NCBI GenBank assembly: GCA_965203465.1
Contig: CBDBCR010000003.1
Coordinates: 192,001-256,000 of the forward strand
Source of the DNA: Nitrosopumilaceae archaeon
GTDB taxonomy: Archaea > Thermoproteota > Nitrososphaeria > Nitrososphaerales > Nitrosopumilaceae
Direction of reading: 5' to 3'
Length of the DNA: 64,000 nt
The notes under the pieces were generated by a model. The model saw only the letters and a program-made list of their open reading frames with translations, was not told where the DNA came from and did not search any database. Both the position numbers and the translations under genes were made by a program. Below, in pieces: positions 19,785 through 29,900 of this stretch (position 1 is the first letter of the stretch; each line of letters begins with the position of its first letter).

Positions 19785-19898
19785 GGCGGCCCTGCCTCGC
19801 GGCGCGCCCGGAACCGGCGCCGACGTTCAGTCCTCAGCGCCCGCGCCAGACCCCCGCAGCGGATCTTGGACGCGGCGTAGCTGCCCAGTTCGTGTAGT

Positions 19899-20285
19899 TC
19901 AGCCCCGTTCGCGCTCTGGCGGTTTTGCTGTGCCGTTAGGATAATCTGGCGCCCCGTCCGGCGGCGCGGTCGTCCTGCTCGGCTCTGCCGCAGGCTCTGG
20001 CGCCCCGTCTTGCTCTGCGGACTCTGGCGCCCCCCGGATCTCCGTGCACGCCTCGCGGCGGGCATCCCCGAGCTCGGCGCAGACCTCGCGGCCGGCCTCC
20101 CTTATTTCGTCGCCGATTGTACGCGAAGGCCACGTCACCAGACCCGCCAACCCTACAACGAGGAACGCTACGCCTATAGCTGCGTAATGAAAGTTGGACA
20201 GATGGCTCGCCGCCATAAAACCCGCACCCAAGGCCATCATGGCCACGAATATCATCCGCTGCTTCAGAACGATGTCCTCCGCCAC
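19899..20285 (-). CDS. Hypothetical 2-TM membrane protein
   Basis: Two hydrophobic helices followed by a charged tail; AT-rich box upstream of GTG. Confidence 0.5.
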   Translation of the reverse strand: MAEDIVLKQRMIFVAMMALGAGFMAASHLSNFHYAAIGVAFLVVGLAGLVTWPSRTIGDEIREAGREVCAELGDARREACTEIRGAPESAEQDGAPEPAAEPSRTTAPPDGAPDYPNGTAKPPERERG

Positions 20286-20627
20286 GCGCGAAAGGCGCGC
20301 CTGCCCAATATTACCATAGAAGCCTCCCGTCGGAAATCTTCCCGCCCCCGCCAAGTACGTGTCGGCGCTGTCCGCGGCACACCCGGCAGATGTCGAATAC
20401 GGCAGCCGCCCGTGAACGCCCCGCCGGGCCGGAGGCGGACGCGTCGGACGCCCGCGGCGCCCGATCCTACGGCGCGCCAAGAGCCGGCGCCTCGGTTAAA
20501 ATTGAGGCCCCGCGGGCGTCGGGCGGGGATGAGGAGACACGCCGCTCCAGTCTGAGCACGCACGGCGCTGAAGAACCCGCGACGATCCGACCCTTGCTTT
20601 AAATACGCACGGGGCCCACGCCCCGCC

Positions 20628-22079
20628 GTGCCAGACTACGACGTCATAGTGGCAGGCGGGGGACTCGCGGGGACCGTCACGGCCCAGTCGATACTGCGCT
20701 ACGGCCCCGAGCTGCGCGTGCTGGTCATAGACCGCAACAGGCCCCCGATGCCGGGCGCAAAGAGCGCCGCCGGCTGGGTCTGCGGGGACGCCGTGAGCAA
20801 GGAGGCAGTGGACTACATGACCGAGCGGACCGGCGTGAGCTGGTCGGCCCCCGAGATAGAGCACCACGTAAAGGGTGTCATGGCCTTTTCCCCAGACAAG
20901 GAGACGGCCATACCGTTCGACGGCGAGGGGTACATGCTGAACCGGAGGGTGTTGCCCGAAAGGCAGAACGAGCGGGCCGGAAAGATGGGCGCCGACTTTG
21001 ACTTCGGGGTCAACCTGACCGGCCTGTCCTACGACGGCCCCCAGGTGTGCGGCGTGCGGGGCAGGGACATTTCGGGCCAAGAGTACTCGCGCACGTGCCA
21101 CATAGTGGTGGATACCACCGGCATGACTTCCATGCTGCGCAACCAGATATCGAACACCGACAAGATGGAGCGCAAAGTGGACAGGCGCGACGTGGAATCG
21201 ACGGGCAGGCGCATCATGTACTTTGATGACGGAAAGGAGGACACGACCGAGTTCGATCCCGAATACTGCATAATACACCTAGACCAGGACATCGCCCCGG
21301 GAGGCTACGGGTGGGTCTTTCCAAAGGGGAAGAACAAGGTCAACGTCGGCCTGGGCGTGGAAAAGACCCTGCTGGAGGCGCGCAACAAGAGGATGTCAAA
21401 GTCGGACAGCGTAAGCTCGCTGATCGAGCAGTACATAGAGAGGAACCCCGCCATACGCAGCCCGCGCCTGTCGTCCGACGAAGCAGACAGGGACAACGCG
21501 TCTGGGAACTTCCAGGTATCGGTGAGGCGGCAGAACGACTGCATGGTCTCGGGCGGCTTTATGCTGGTGGGCGATTCTGCGTGGATGCCCAAGCCGCTCG
21601 ACGCTGGCGGCATAGGGCCGGCCCTGATAGCGGGGACCATCGCGGGCAGGTGCGCCGCGCAGGCCGTGCAGTCGGGCGACGTCTCGGAGGCGGGCCTGTG
21701 GAGGTACAACAAGGAGTTCGTCGAAGAGTACGGCTACAAGACGGCCGGCCTGGAGATATTCCGCAGGCTGATACAGACGCTCACCAACGAGCAGATAAGC
21801 TACGGCATGAAGCACTTTATGGGAAACCTGGACGTCGAGGCCATATCAAAGGGCGAGCACCCCGACTTTGGGCACCTGGGCAAGCTGTCGATGATCATAC
21901 GCGGGGCCCTCAACAAGCGCCTGGCAGACGGGCTGCGCTTCACCACCTCGCAGAACAAGAAACTGACCGCGCACTACCGCGACTATCCGGGATCGCCGGA
22001 CGGCTTTGCGCGCTGGAGCGGCCGCCTGCACCAGATCCTCGACGAGTCCAACAGGGGCCTTGCCGGCTTTCAGAACTAA
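20628..22079 (+). CDS. Geranylgeranyl reductase family flavoprotein
   Basis: DVIVAGGGLAG, CGDAVS, PGGYGWVFPKG, LVGDSA...PLDAGGIG. TTTAAATA box ~23 nt upstream. Confidence 0.85.
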   Translation: MPDYDVIVAGGGLAGTVTAQSILRYGPELRVLVIDRNRPPMPGAKSAAGWVCGDAVSKEAVDYMTERTGVSWSAPEIEHHVKGVMAFSPDKETAIPFDGEGYMLNRRVLPERQNERAGKMGADFDFGVNLTGLSYDGPQVCGVRGRDISGQEYSRTCHIVVDTTGMTSMLRNQISNTDKMERKVDRRDVESTGRRIMYFDDGKEDTTEFDPEYCIIHLDQDIAPGGYGWVFPKGKNKVNVGLGVEKTLLEARNKRMSKSDSVSSLIEQYIERNPAIRSPRLSSDEADRDNASGNFQVSVRRQNDCMVSGGFMLVGDSAWMPKPLDAGGIGPALIAGTIAGRCAAQAVQSGDVSEAGLWRYNKEFVEEYGYKTAGLEIFRRLIQTLTNEQISYGMKHFMGNLDVEAISKGEHPDFGHLGKLSMIIRGALNKRLADGLRFTTSQNKKLTAHYRDYPGSPDGFARWSGRLHQILDESNRGLAGFQN

Positions 22080-22083
22080 AATT

Positions 22084-22149
22084 CCGGCGCGGGCAGGTTT
22101 TTCCGCCAGCGGCCGGCGCGGGCAGGTTTTTCCGCCAGCGGCCGGCGCG
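22084..22149. repeat. 29-bp tandem repeat, ~2.3 copies
   Basis: CCGGCGCGGGCAGGTTTTTCCGCCAGCGG at 22084 and 22113, partial copy at 22142. Confidence 0.85.
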
Positions 22150-22393
22150 CCAACGTGCCGCGGGGCGAGGCTCGGCGCTGCCTCGCAGGCACGGCACCGT
22201 CGGGGGCGGACGGGCCGGCCCTGTTGCCGAAAACGCGGCGCGTGTGACTATGGCGCGAGGCGACCCCCGCCACGAGCGGGGTCGGGCAGCCAACTGCCGG
22301 AAAACGGTTAGTCGTTCAACCCAGGACGCAGGGCCGTTGCCGACGCCAAGTCGCGCTTTCCGCCAGAAAATCAGGCACGGAGGACGCAGGGTA

Positions 22394-22493
22394 ACGCGAG
22401 GCGATCCGTGCCGCACTGGGTTGGGCACCCGATTCCGATGGAAGGTACAGTTTGTGTAAAGTAGTGACGCGAGGCGATCCGTGCCGCACTGGG
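22394..22493. repeat. 27-bp direct repeat pair with 46-bp spacer
   Basis: ACGCGAGGCGATCCGTGCCGCACTGGG at 22394-22420 and 22467-22493. Confidence 0.85.
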
Positions 22494-22546
22494 CAACTAG
22501 GAAAATAAAGTGCCAAATAAGTCCCCGCCGAGCCTCAGAACAACAC

Positions 22547-22891
22547 ATGGAACAGATGGTTTTTACCAAGGGCAGAACTGACAATATTCAGGTACAGACA
22601 GACAGTGCCAACTCTACGCACCGGTTGACGTTCGATGGCGACGAATGGAACGCCGTCGCCGTTTTTGAAAAAAAATGGAATCCCGCACACAACACGCCGT
22701 TGCACATCCCCGAACCCGTACGAGTGATAAAAGAGAACGGGGTAGAAGAGATGCGATACAACAGCTCCGCGATGGAGCTAGGCAGGATCTACCAAGTGTT
22801 GTGGAACGGAAAGATGTACGGACTGCGAAAGACAGAGGGCGAGGTGGAGATTCTAAGGTTTTATCCGGACGATCATAAACATGGGGATTAG
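22547..22891 (+). CDS. Hypothetical protein (AT-rich islet)
   Basis: MEQMVFTKGRTDNIQVQ..., protein-like composition with codon usage unlike the flanks. Confidence 0.55.
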   Translation: MEQMVFTKGRTDNIQVQTDSANSTHRLTFDGDEWNAVAVFEKKWNPAHNTPLHIPEPVRVIKENGVEEMRYNSSAMELGRIYQVLWNGKMYGLRKTEGEVEILRFYPDDHKHGD

Positions 22892-23039
22892 GGGCAGGTT
22901 CGGCTTGATCGAAGGAGCATACAAGAAAGAAGCGGCCTCCCTCTTGGTCTCGAAACCGTGCGAGCACGTCTTGTTAATAAAAGAGCGTGCGTTCAAAAAG
23001 GACATCTTGGTGATCATGCACGGCAAGGCCGACGGGTAA
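22881..23039 (+). CDS. Small hypothetical protein (52 aa, possibly truncated)
   Basis: MGIRGRFGLIEGAYKKEAASLLVSKPCEHVLLIKERAFKKDILVIMHGKADG*, overlapping the upstream stop. Confidence 0.35.
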   Translation: MGIRGRFGLIEGAYKKEAASLLVSKPCEHVLLIKERAFKKDILVIMHGKADG

Positions 23040-23080
23040 GCAAGCGTCACGGAGCATTTGATAGGGAGCGGGGTGAGCAG

Positions 23081-23541
23081 GTGACAAGGTTGGATCTAGA
23101 AGGAATAGTCGGCGACATCGAAAAAATGGGGTATGTGACCGTGGAGCTCAAGGACAGGTTGAAGCCCAGTTTTTACAAGCTTGGCGATGGCACGGTGGTG
23201 CGAGTGCTGATCAGCATCAACCACCTCACAAGCCACACCAAATCTCCACATGGATACAACATCAGCTGGAGCAGCGCGATAACGTGCCAAAAGAAAACAG
23301 ACATCCTGAGAGATACACGCAGTTTGATCCGGCCAGCGTGCAATCCAACATATTGGACGACGATATGCAGTACGAGACACTTGTAGAGAATTTCAACAAC
23401 TACTCGATAAACAACGGTATGACGGTGAGCGTCAAACCCGCAGTAACGCAAGTGGGTAAAACCAGATTTTGCACAGAAGACGGCGAGCTGATCTACGGAG
23501 TGAACGTCATGCCCGTGTTCAAGGTCACCAAGGGCGGCTAG
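23081..23541 (+). pseudogene. Frameshifted hypothetical protein with internally duplicated beta-rich domain
   Basis: YKLGDGTVVRV in the first frame and YSINNGMTVSVKP in the second; frames join near 23284. Confidence 0.5.
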
Positions 23542-23593
23542 ACGGCGTTGCCCGGACGCGCGGCGCCCGCCCCGGACAAACCCGCCCGCCACC

Positions 23594-26500
23594 TCAGCGC
23601 CGCCTCGCGAGCATCACTGCTATCAGGATGCCGGCGGCAGTCGCAGCTGCCGCCGCGTGCCAGGGCTCGAAGCCGGATTCTGCGGCCGGCGCGGCGTGCT
23701 CGATCCCCGGTTCGGCGGCGGGCTCGCGCGTCAGATCCGGCGCGGGCGGCGGGCCAGCCTCCGGTTCGGGCTGCGCGGCTGCGGGCTCTGGCCCGCTTTC
23801 GGGGGGCGCGTCTTCCGCCGACAGCGTGCCGGGCCCGGTCTCCGGCCGCGGTAGCTCGGCGGCAGGCTCTCGGGTCACGGGCGGCTTTGCGGCAGGCCCT
23901 TCCGTCCCGGGCCGTTCTGCGGCAGGTGGCCCCGCGGCGGGCGCCGGCCCGAACGCCGTGAAACGGAAAGAGCCCGAGCACGAATCCAAGTCCAGCTGCC
24001 TAGAGTCGACGGCGTCCGGCGTGCTCTGGTGGACCGCCCGGACGTGCAGGGAGCGCGCGTCCGGCAGTATGGGTGCCGTCCAGACCGCCGAATCGGGCGC
24101 GCCGGCGCTCCGTTCGGAAGGGTGCGCCACGGTTCTGGCCCCCGCCTGCTCGAGCGTCACTATGATCCTTTCGGACGGCGAGGCGGTGACCGCCGCGTAC
24201 GGCTCCTCGGAGCACCGCTCGTACGAGACCGAATGTATGACTGCCAGCTCGACGCCGACGCTGCCCGTGCCGCGCGCGGGGACGCCCGGGATCCGCGCAG
24301 GGGCGGCATCGTCCGGGGCGGGCCCGGACGCCGCGTGCCTGGCGCCGTCCGAGACGGACGGCAGGTCGGCCGCGCTCACGGGCGGGTGCGGCAGGCCCGT
24401 CGCGGCGCCGTCCTGCAGTGCCGGCGAATCGGAGAGCAGTCTTGCGGACGCGCCGGCGCGCGCGGAGTCGGACAGTGCGGGCGAGTCTGATTTGGCCGCC
24501 GAAGACAGGCGCGCGATCGCCGAATCGGCCAAGACGGGCGAGTCCGAGTCGAAGGCGGCGCGGGCGCTCTGCCACCGCGCAGAGTCGGACGGGGCCAGCA
24601 GGCCGGACGCGCCAAAGACGGATTTGTAGGCGCGGGCGGAGTCCGCCAAGACGGCCGTGTCCGATCCGATCCGCAGGACGGCGGCAGATCCGGAAGCAGA
24701 GTGGGAGAGGGTCGGCGAGCTGGACTGTACGATCCCGGATCTGAGCGCCCGCGCAGAGTCGGAAAACTGCGCGTGATCGACTTGACCCTGCACGAACAGG
24801 CCCGCGTACGAGGCAGAACTCGACGGCGCGGGCGAGTCCGAGACAGCGATTCCGGAACGGTACGAGCGTGCGGAGTCGGAAAAGACGGCCGTGTCCGAGG
24901 AGGCCGAGACCTTCATGTCCGCCCGGGAGGCGGAGTCGGAGAGGGTCGGCGAGCTGGACTGTACAAAGCCGGACTTGAAGGCTCGGGCGGAGTCCGAGAT
25001 GTTCGCCGTGTCCGACGAGCCTGCGACTAGCATGCCTGCAAACGACGCAGAATCTGACAGGACGGGCGAGCTCGACTGCTCAAAGCCGGACTTGAAGGCT
25101 CGGGCGGAGTCGGACAAAGTAGACGCGTCGACGGATACGCTTACCCTCATGTCCGTGCGCGAGGCAAAGTCCGAGAGGGCCGGCGAGCTGGACTGTACAA
25201 AGCCGGACTTGAAGGCTCGGGCGGAGTCGGTAAAGACGGCGGTGTCCGAGGAGGCCGAGACCTTCATTTCCGTCAGGGCCGCGGAGTCCGATATGGACGG
25301 CGAGCTCGACCGTTCAAAGCCGGACTTGTACGAGCGGGAGGAGTCGGCAAAGACGGCGGTGTCCGAGGAGGCCGAGACCTTCATTTCCGTCAGGGCCGCG
25401 GAGTCCGATATGGACGGCGAGCTCGACCGTTCAAAGCCGGACTTGTACGAGCGGGAGGAGTCGGCAAAGACGGCGGTGTCCGAGGAGGCCGAGACCTTCA
25501 TTTCCGTCAGGGCCGCGGAGTCCGATATGGACGGCGAGCTCGACCGTTCAAAGCCGGACTTGTACGAGCGGGAGGAGTCGGCAAAGACGGCGGTGTCCGA
25601 GGAGGCCGAGACCTTCATTTCCGTCAGGGCCGCGGAGTCCGATATGGACGGCGAGCTCGACCGTTCAAAGCCGGACTTGTACGAGCGGGAGGAGTCGGCA
25701 AAGACGGCGGTGTCCGAGGAGGCCGAGACCTTCATTTCCGTCAGGGCCGCGGAGTCCGATATGGACGGCGAGCTCGACCGTTCAAAGCCGGACTTGTACG
25801 AGCGGGAGGAGTCGGCAAAGACGGCGGTGTCCGAGGAGGCCGAGACCTTCATTTCCGTCAGGGCCGCGGAGTCCGATATGGACGGCGAGCTCGACCGTTC
25901 AAAGCCGGACTTGTACGAGCGGGAGGAGTCGGCAAAGACGGCGGTGTCCGAGGACGCGGCGGCCTTCATGTCCACGTCGGAGGCCAAATCCGAGAGGGCA
26001 GGCGAGCTGGAAGAGACGGAGCCCGACTTGAAGGCTCGGGCGGAGTCGGCAAAGACGGCGGTGTCCGAGGACGCGGCGGCCTTCATGTCCACGTCGGAGG
26101 CCGAATCCGAGAGGGCAGGCGAGCTGGACGGCGCGAGGCCGGACTTGTAGGAGCTGGCAGAGTCCGAGACGGCGGCGGAATTTGACAGGCTCGCGAGCGT
26201 CCTATTGTATGCCGACGCAGAGTCCGAGACGGCCGGCGAGTCCGTACGCGGGTGGCCGGACTTGTAGGCCCTATGCGAATCCAGAACCGACGGCTCGTCC
26301 TGGCCCAGCCCTATATGCACTCCCAGTTGCGCGCCGCTCACGCCGGCAAACCGGTTGCCCAGCGTGTCCTCGAACGCACTGCCGGATATGTCGAGGGTCA
26401 GCGGGCCGTCGCGTAGGTGAGCAAGCACCAAGCGGCGCGTCTGCTCTTGGGTAAGCTTTAGCGCCGTCGTGTCCGTATCCGAGCTCGGGCCCACGGCGCC

Positions 26501-26950
26501 GGCCAGGCGGGTGACGGTGTTGCGGCCCGCCACGGCGACGCCGCCCGCGCTGATCTCGGAGGCGTCCATCTGCTTGTCAAAGTCCAGGCGCAGCGTGCCG
26601 GTTGCAAGATCCAGCAGCGGCGTGCCCTCGAGCACCGGCCGTACCGCATCTATCTGTAGCGCCTTGGAAAACGAGAGCGACAGCGGCGCGCCCGGCGCCG
26701 GCAGGCCATGCACTGTCGTCTTGCTGGAGGCGCCCACGGTGCCGCCGCGCAACAGGAACGACCGCTCTGATACGTACCCCAGATCCGGCGACCTGTCCCC
26801 GTACTGCACGACGTAGCTGAACGCCAGCGTGTCGGTTCCCGAGCCCGAGACGTACCCCGCGTGCCTGTCGACGGCGCCGGTCTCCAGCAACAGCGTCGGC
26901 GTCCCGGTCACGTTGACCGGCTCGGAAAACTCCACTTCGATCTCGATCAC
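23594..26950 (-). CDS. C-terminal part of giant adhesin: Ig-like domain, Ser/Ala/Asp-rich repeat stalk, C-terminal TM anchor
   Basis: IEVEFSEPVNVTGTPTLLLETG Ig-like motif, 39-aa repeats, ends AGILIAVMLARRR. In frame with the upstream ORF across a single TAG. Confidence 0.8.
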   Translation of the reverse strand: MIEIEVEFSEPVNVTGTPTLLLETGAVDRHAGYVSGSGTDTLAFSYVVQYGDRSPDLGYVSERSFLLRGGTVGASSKTTVHGLPAPGAPLSLSFSKALQIDAVRPVLEGTPLLDLATGTLRLDFDKQMDASEISAGGVAVAGRNTVTRLAGAVGPSSDTDTTALKLTQEQTRRLVLAHLRDGPLTLDISGSAFEDTLGNRFAGVSGAQLGVHIGLGQDEPSVLDSHRAYKSGHPRTDSPAVSDSASAYNRTLASLSNSAAVSDSASSYKSGLAPSSSPALSDSASDVDMKAAASSDTAVFADSARAFKSGSVSSSSPALSDLASDVDMKAAASSDTAVFADSSRSYKSGFERSSSPSISDSAALTEMKVSASSDTAVFADSSRSYKSGFERSSSPSISDSAALTEMKVSASSDTAVFADSSRSYKSGFERSSSPSISDSAALTEMKVSASSDTAVFADSSRSYKSGFERSSSPSISDSAALTEMKVSASSDTAVFADSSRSYKSGFERSSSPSISDSAALTEMKVSASSDTAVFADSSRSYKSGFERSSSPSISDSAALTEMKVSASSDTAVFTDSARAFKSGFVQSSSPALSDFASRTDMRVSVSVDASTLSDSARAFKSGFEQSSSPVLSDSASFAGMLVAGSSDTANISDSARAFKSGFVQSSSPTLSDSASRADMKVSASSDTAVFSDSARSYRSGIAVSDSPAPSSSASYAGLFVQGQVDHAQFSDSARALRSGIVQSSSPTLSHSASGSAAVLRIGSDTAVLADSARAYKSVFGASGLLAPSDSARWQSARAAFDSDSPVLADSAIARLSSAAKSDSPALSDSARAGASARLLSDSPALQDGAATGLPHPPVSAADLPSVSDGARHAASGPAPDDAAPARIPGVPARGTGSVGVELAVIHSVSYERCSEEPYAAVTASPSERIIVTLEQAGARTVAHPSERSAGAPDSAVWTAPILPDARSLHVRAVHQSTPDAVDSRQLDLDSCSGSFRFTAFGPAPAAGPPAAERPGTEGPAAKPPVTREPAAELPRPETGPGTLSAEDAPPESGPEPAAAQPEPEAGPPPAPDLTREPAAEPGIEHAAPAAESGFEPWHAAAAATAAGILIAVMLARRR
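25232..25933. repeat. Six identical 117-bp (39-aa) coding tandem repeats, with degenerate copies ~24400-26280
   Basis: Unit starts at 25232, 25349, 25466, 25583, 25700, 25817. Peptide SSDTAVFADSSRSYKSGFERSSSPSISDSAALTEMKVSA. Confidence 0.92.
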
Positions 26951-26956
26951 GCTGCC

Positions 26957-29900
26957 CTAGCCGTACTGGCCGTCAGGCGTCCCGGAGCCGACCCGCGCGA
27001 CGAACGCGGGGCGGATTTCCGACATGATGTGGACGGCGCCCGTGCGCTCGTGAAAGGGCGCGCCCACCGCGATCTCGGCGGCCCCGTCACCGTCGATGTC
27101 CGCCAGGGCGGCGACCGCGTCGCCGAACGTGGAGTCGGCGCCGAGCCTCAGCCCCGCCACGGTCGTCCCGTCTACAATATGCGCGCCCTTGACCGACCCG
27201 TCCTGGTTCAAGAGCAACACGTACGCAGAGCCCGCGCCCGGCGCGCCCACCAGCAGATCCTCCACCCCGTCGCGGTCCATGTCCCCCGCCGCGCCCAGGG
27301 AAGTGCCAAACTGCGCCTGATCGGCCAAGATCGGCACGTTCGGCGTGGAGGGGTTGATCTCGGCCGTGCGCTTCACTGTGCCGTCGGGATTTAGGTACAG
27401 TATGTGGACCGCGCCGGAGTTGGTCAGATCCCCATCGTCGTCTCCCAACGCGCCGACGGCCAAGTCGGCCACCCCGTCGCGGTCCAGATCGCCGAGCGTG
27501 GTAAGGGACGAGCCGAAAAAGTCGCCGCTCGTAAGCTGCGGGCCGTTGGCGGTGGAGGGGTTTATCTCGGCGGTCCTTTTCACGGTGCCGTCCGGATTGA
27601 GGTACAGTATGTGGACCGCGCCGGCAAGCGGGTACCCGCGGGTGGCCCTGTCGGCCCCCGCCGCGAGATCGGGCACCCCGTCTCGGTCGAGATCCCCGAC
27701 GGCCGCAAGCGACGATCCGAACCCGTCGCCGACTGCCAGCACCGGGCCGTTTTCGATCGAGGAGTCGATCTCCACCGTCCTTTTCACGGTTCCGGTGGAT
27801 GTCATGAGGAACAGGTGAACCTCGCCGGTGACCGTGCTGCTCCTCATGCCAGGCTGCCCGGTCCTGATGCTAAAGCCGGACGCGCCGGCCGCGATGTCCG
27901 CGGCTCCGTCGCCGTCGACGTCCCCCACCAGAGCTACCGACGAGCCCAGCGCGTCGGCCAGTCCTAGCTGCGGCCCGTTGGCGGTCGACGCGTTGATCTC
28001 TGCCGTGTTCTTCACGGTGCCGTCCGAGTTGAGGTACAGCAGGCGGACGGCGCCGACGCTCGAGGCGCCCTCGTCGTCTCCGGGCACCCCCACCGCGACG
28101 TCCGCCGTCCCGTCGCGGTCCATGTCCCCCAGCGAGGCGACGGACAGGCCGAAAGCGTCGGCGCGGGCGCCCCCCGAGTTGTCCAAGGTCGCAAAAGACG
28201 CCATCGTGCCGTTCCACAGCGGGGCCCTCGCCCCGAGGCGCACGACATGGACCGCGCCGACATCCGGGGCGCCCGCGTCGTCGCCCGGCGCCCCGGCGGC
28301 CAGGTCCGGCGCGCCGTCGCGATCCAAGTCCCCCACCATGGACAGCGACGAGCCGAACGCGTCGCCGGCGGCCAGCGAAGGTCCGTTGGCGGTCGACGCG
28401 TTGAACTCGATCGTCCGCTTCACGGTGCCGTCCGAATTGAGGTGCAGCAGGTGCACGGCGCCGGCGCGCGAGCCGCCCTCGTCGTCGCCCGGCGCCCCGG
28501 CGGCCAGGTCGGCCACGCCGTCGCGATCCAAGTCCCCGATCGCGGCCAGCGAGGAGCCGAACCCGTCGCCGCCCGCCAGCAAAGGTCCGTTGGCGGCCGA
28601 GGCGCCGATCTCTGCCGTCCTCTTTACCGTCCCGTCCGAATTGAAGTACAGCAGGTGGACCGCGCCGGCGTCCGCCGCTCCCCCGTCGTCGCCCGGCGCC
28701 CCGGCGGCCAGGTCGGCCACGCCGTCGCGATCCAAGTCCCCGATCGCGGCCAGCGACGAGCCGAACCCGTCGCCGCCTGCCAGTAAAGGTCCGTTGGCGG
28801 TCGACGCGTTGATCTCGATCGTCCGCTTCACGGTGCCGTCCGAATTGAGGTACAGCAGGTGCACGGCGCCCGCGTCGGGCGCCCCCCCGTCGTCGCCCGG
28901 CGCCCCGACGGCCAGGTCCGGCACGCCGTCGTAGTCCAGATCCCCCACCGCGGCCAGAGACGAGCCGAACGCGTCGCCGCCCGCCAGCGAAGGCCCGTTG
29001 GCGGTCGAGGCGTTGATCTCGATCGTGCGTTTGACGGTGCCGGTGGAGGTCAAGAGGAGCAGGTGGACGGCGCCCGCGTCGGGCGCCCCCTCGTCGCCGC
29101 CCGGCGCCCCCGCGGCCAGGTCGGCCACGCCGTCGCGATCCAAGTCCCCGATCGCGGCCAGCGACGAGCCGAACGCGTCGCCGGCGCGCAGCCGCGGCCC
29201 GTCCGCTGTACGGGCGTTGATCTCGTACGCCCGCTTTTCGGTGCCCGTAGACGTCATGAGCAGGAGGTGCACGGCGCCGGCGCGCGAGCCGCCCTCGTCG
29301 TCGCCAGGCGCCCCGGCGGCCAGGTCGGCCACGCCGTCGCGATCCAAGTCCCCGATCGCGGCCAGCGAGGTGCCGAACCCGTCGAATTCTTGCAGGCGCG
29401 CGCCCTCGGGCGTCAGGGCGTTTACCTCGGCGGCGCGCCTTACCGAGGCGTCCGGGTTCATGTACAGCACGTGGACCGTGCCGGCGTTGCTGCCGCCCGC
29501 GTCGTCCAAAATCGCCCCCGCCGCCAGGTCGGCCGTGCCGTCCCCGTCCAGATCCGCCGCCGCGATCGACGAGCCGAACCTGTCGAATTGGCCCAGATCC
29601 GGCCCGTTGGCGGAAGAGTCGCTGATCGCCGAAGCGCTCTTTACTGTGCCGTCCGGGTTCATGTACAGCAGGTGGACTGCGCCGCCGCGCACCGTCCCGC
29701 TGTCAAAGACCGCCCCCGCGGCCAGGTCCGGCGTCCCGTCCCCGTCGAAGTCCCCGACGGCGGCAAGCGAGGTGCCGAAATAGTCGTCTCTTGCAAGCGG
29801 CGGGCCGTTGGGGGTCGAGGCGTTGATCTCTACAGTCCTCTTTACTGTGCCGTCCGGGTTCATGTACAGCACGTGGACCGCGCCGGCGCGCGAGCCGCCC

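Noticed and set aside
22394-22493. Mini-CRISPR array
   Set aside because: Only two perfect repeats, no typical repeat terminus and no cas genes in the window; kept only as a repeat.
25232-25933. Regular repeat array as CRISPR
   Set aside because: Units are contiguous, identical, 117 bp (multiple of 3) and coding, with no unique spacers.
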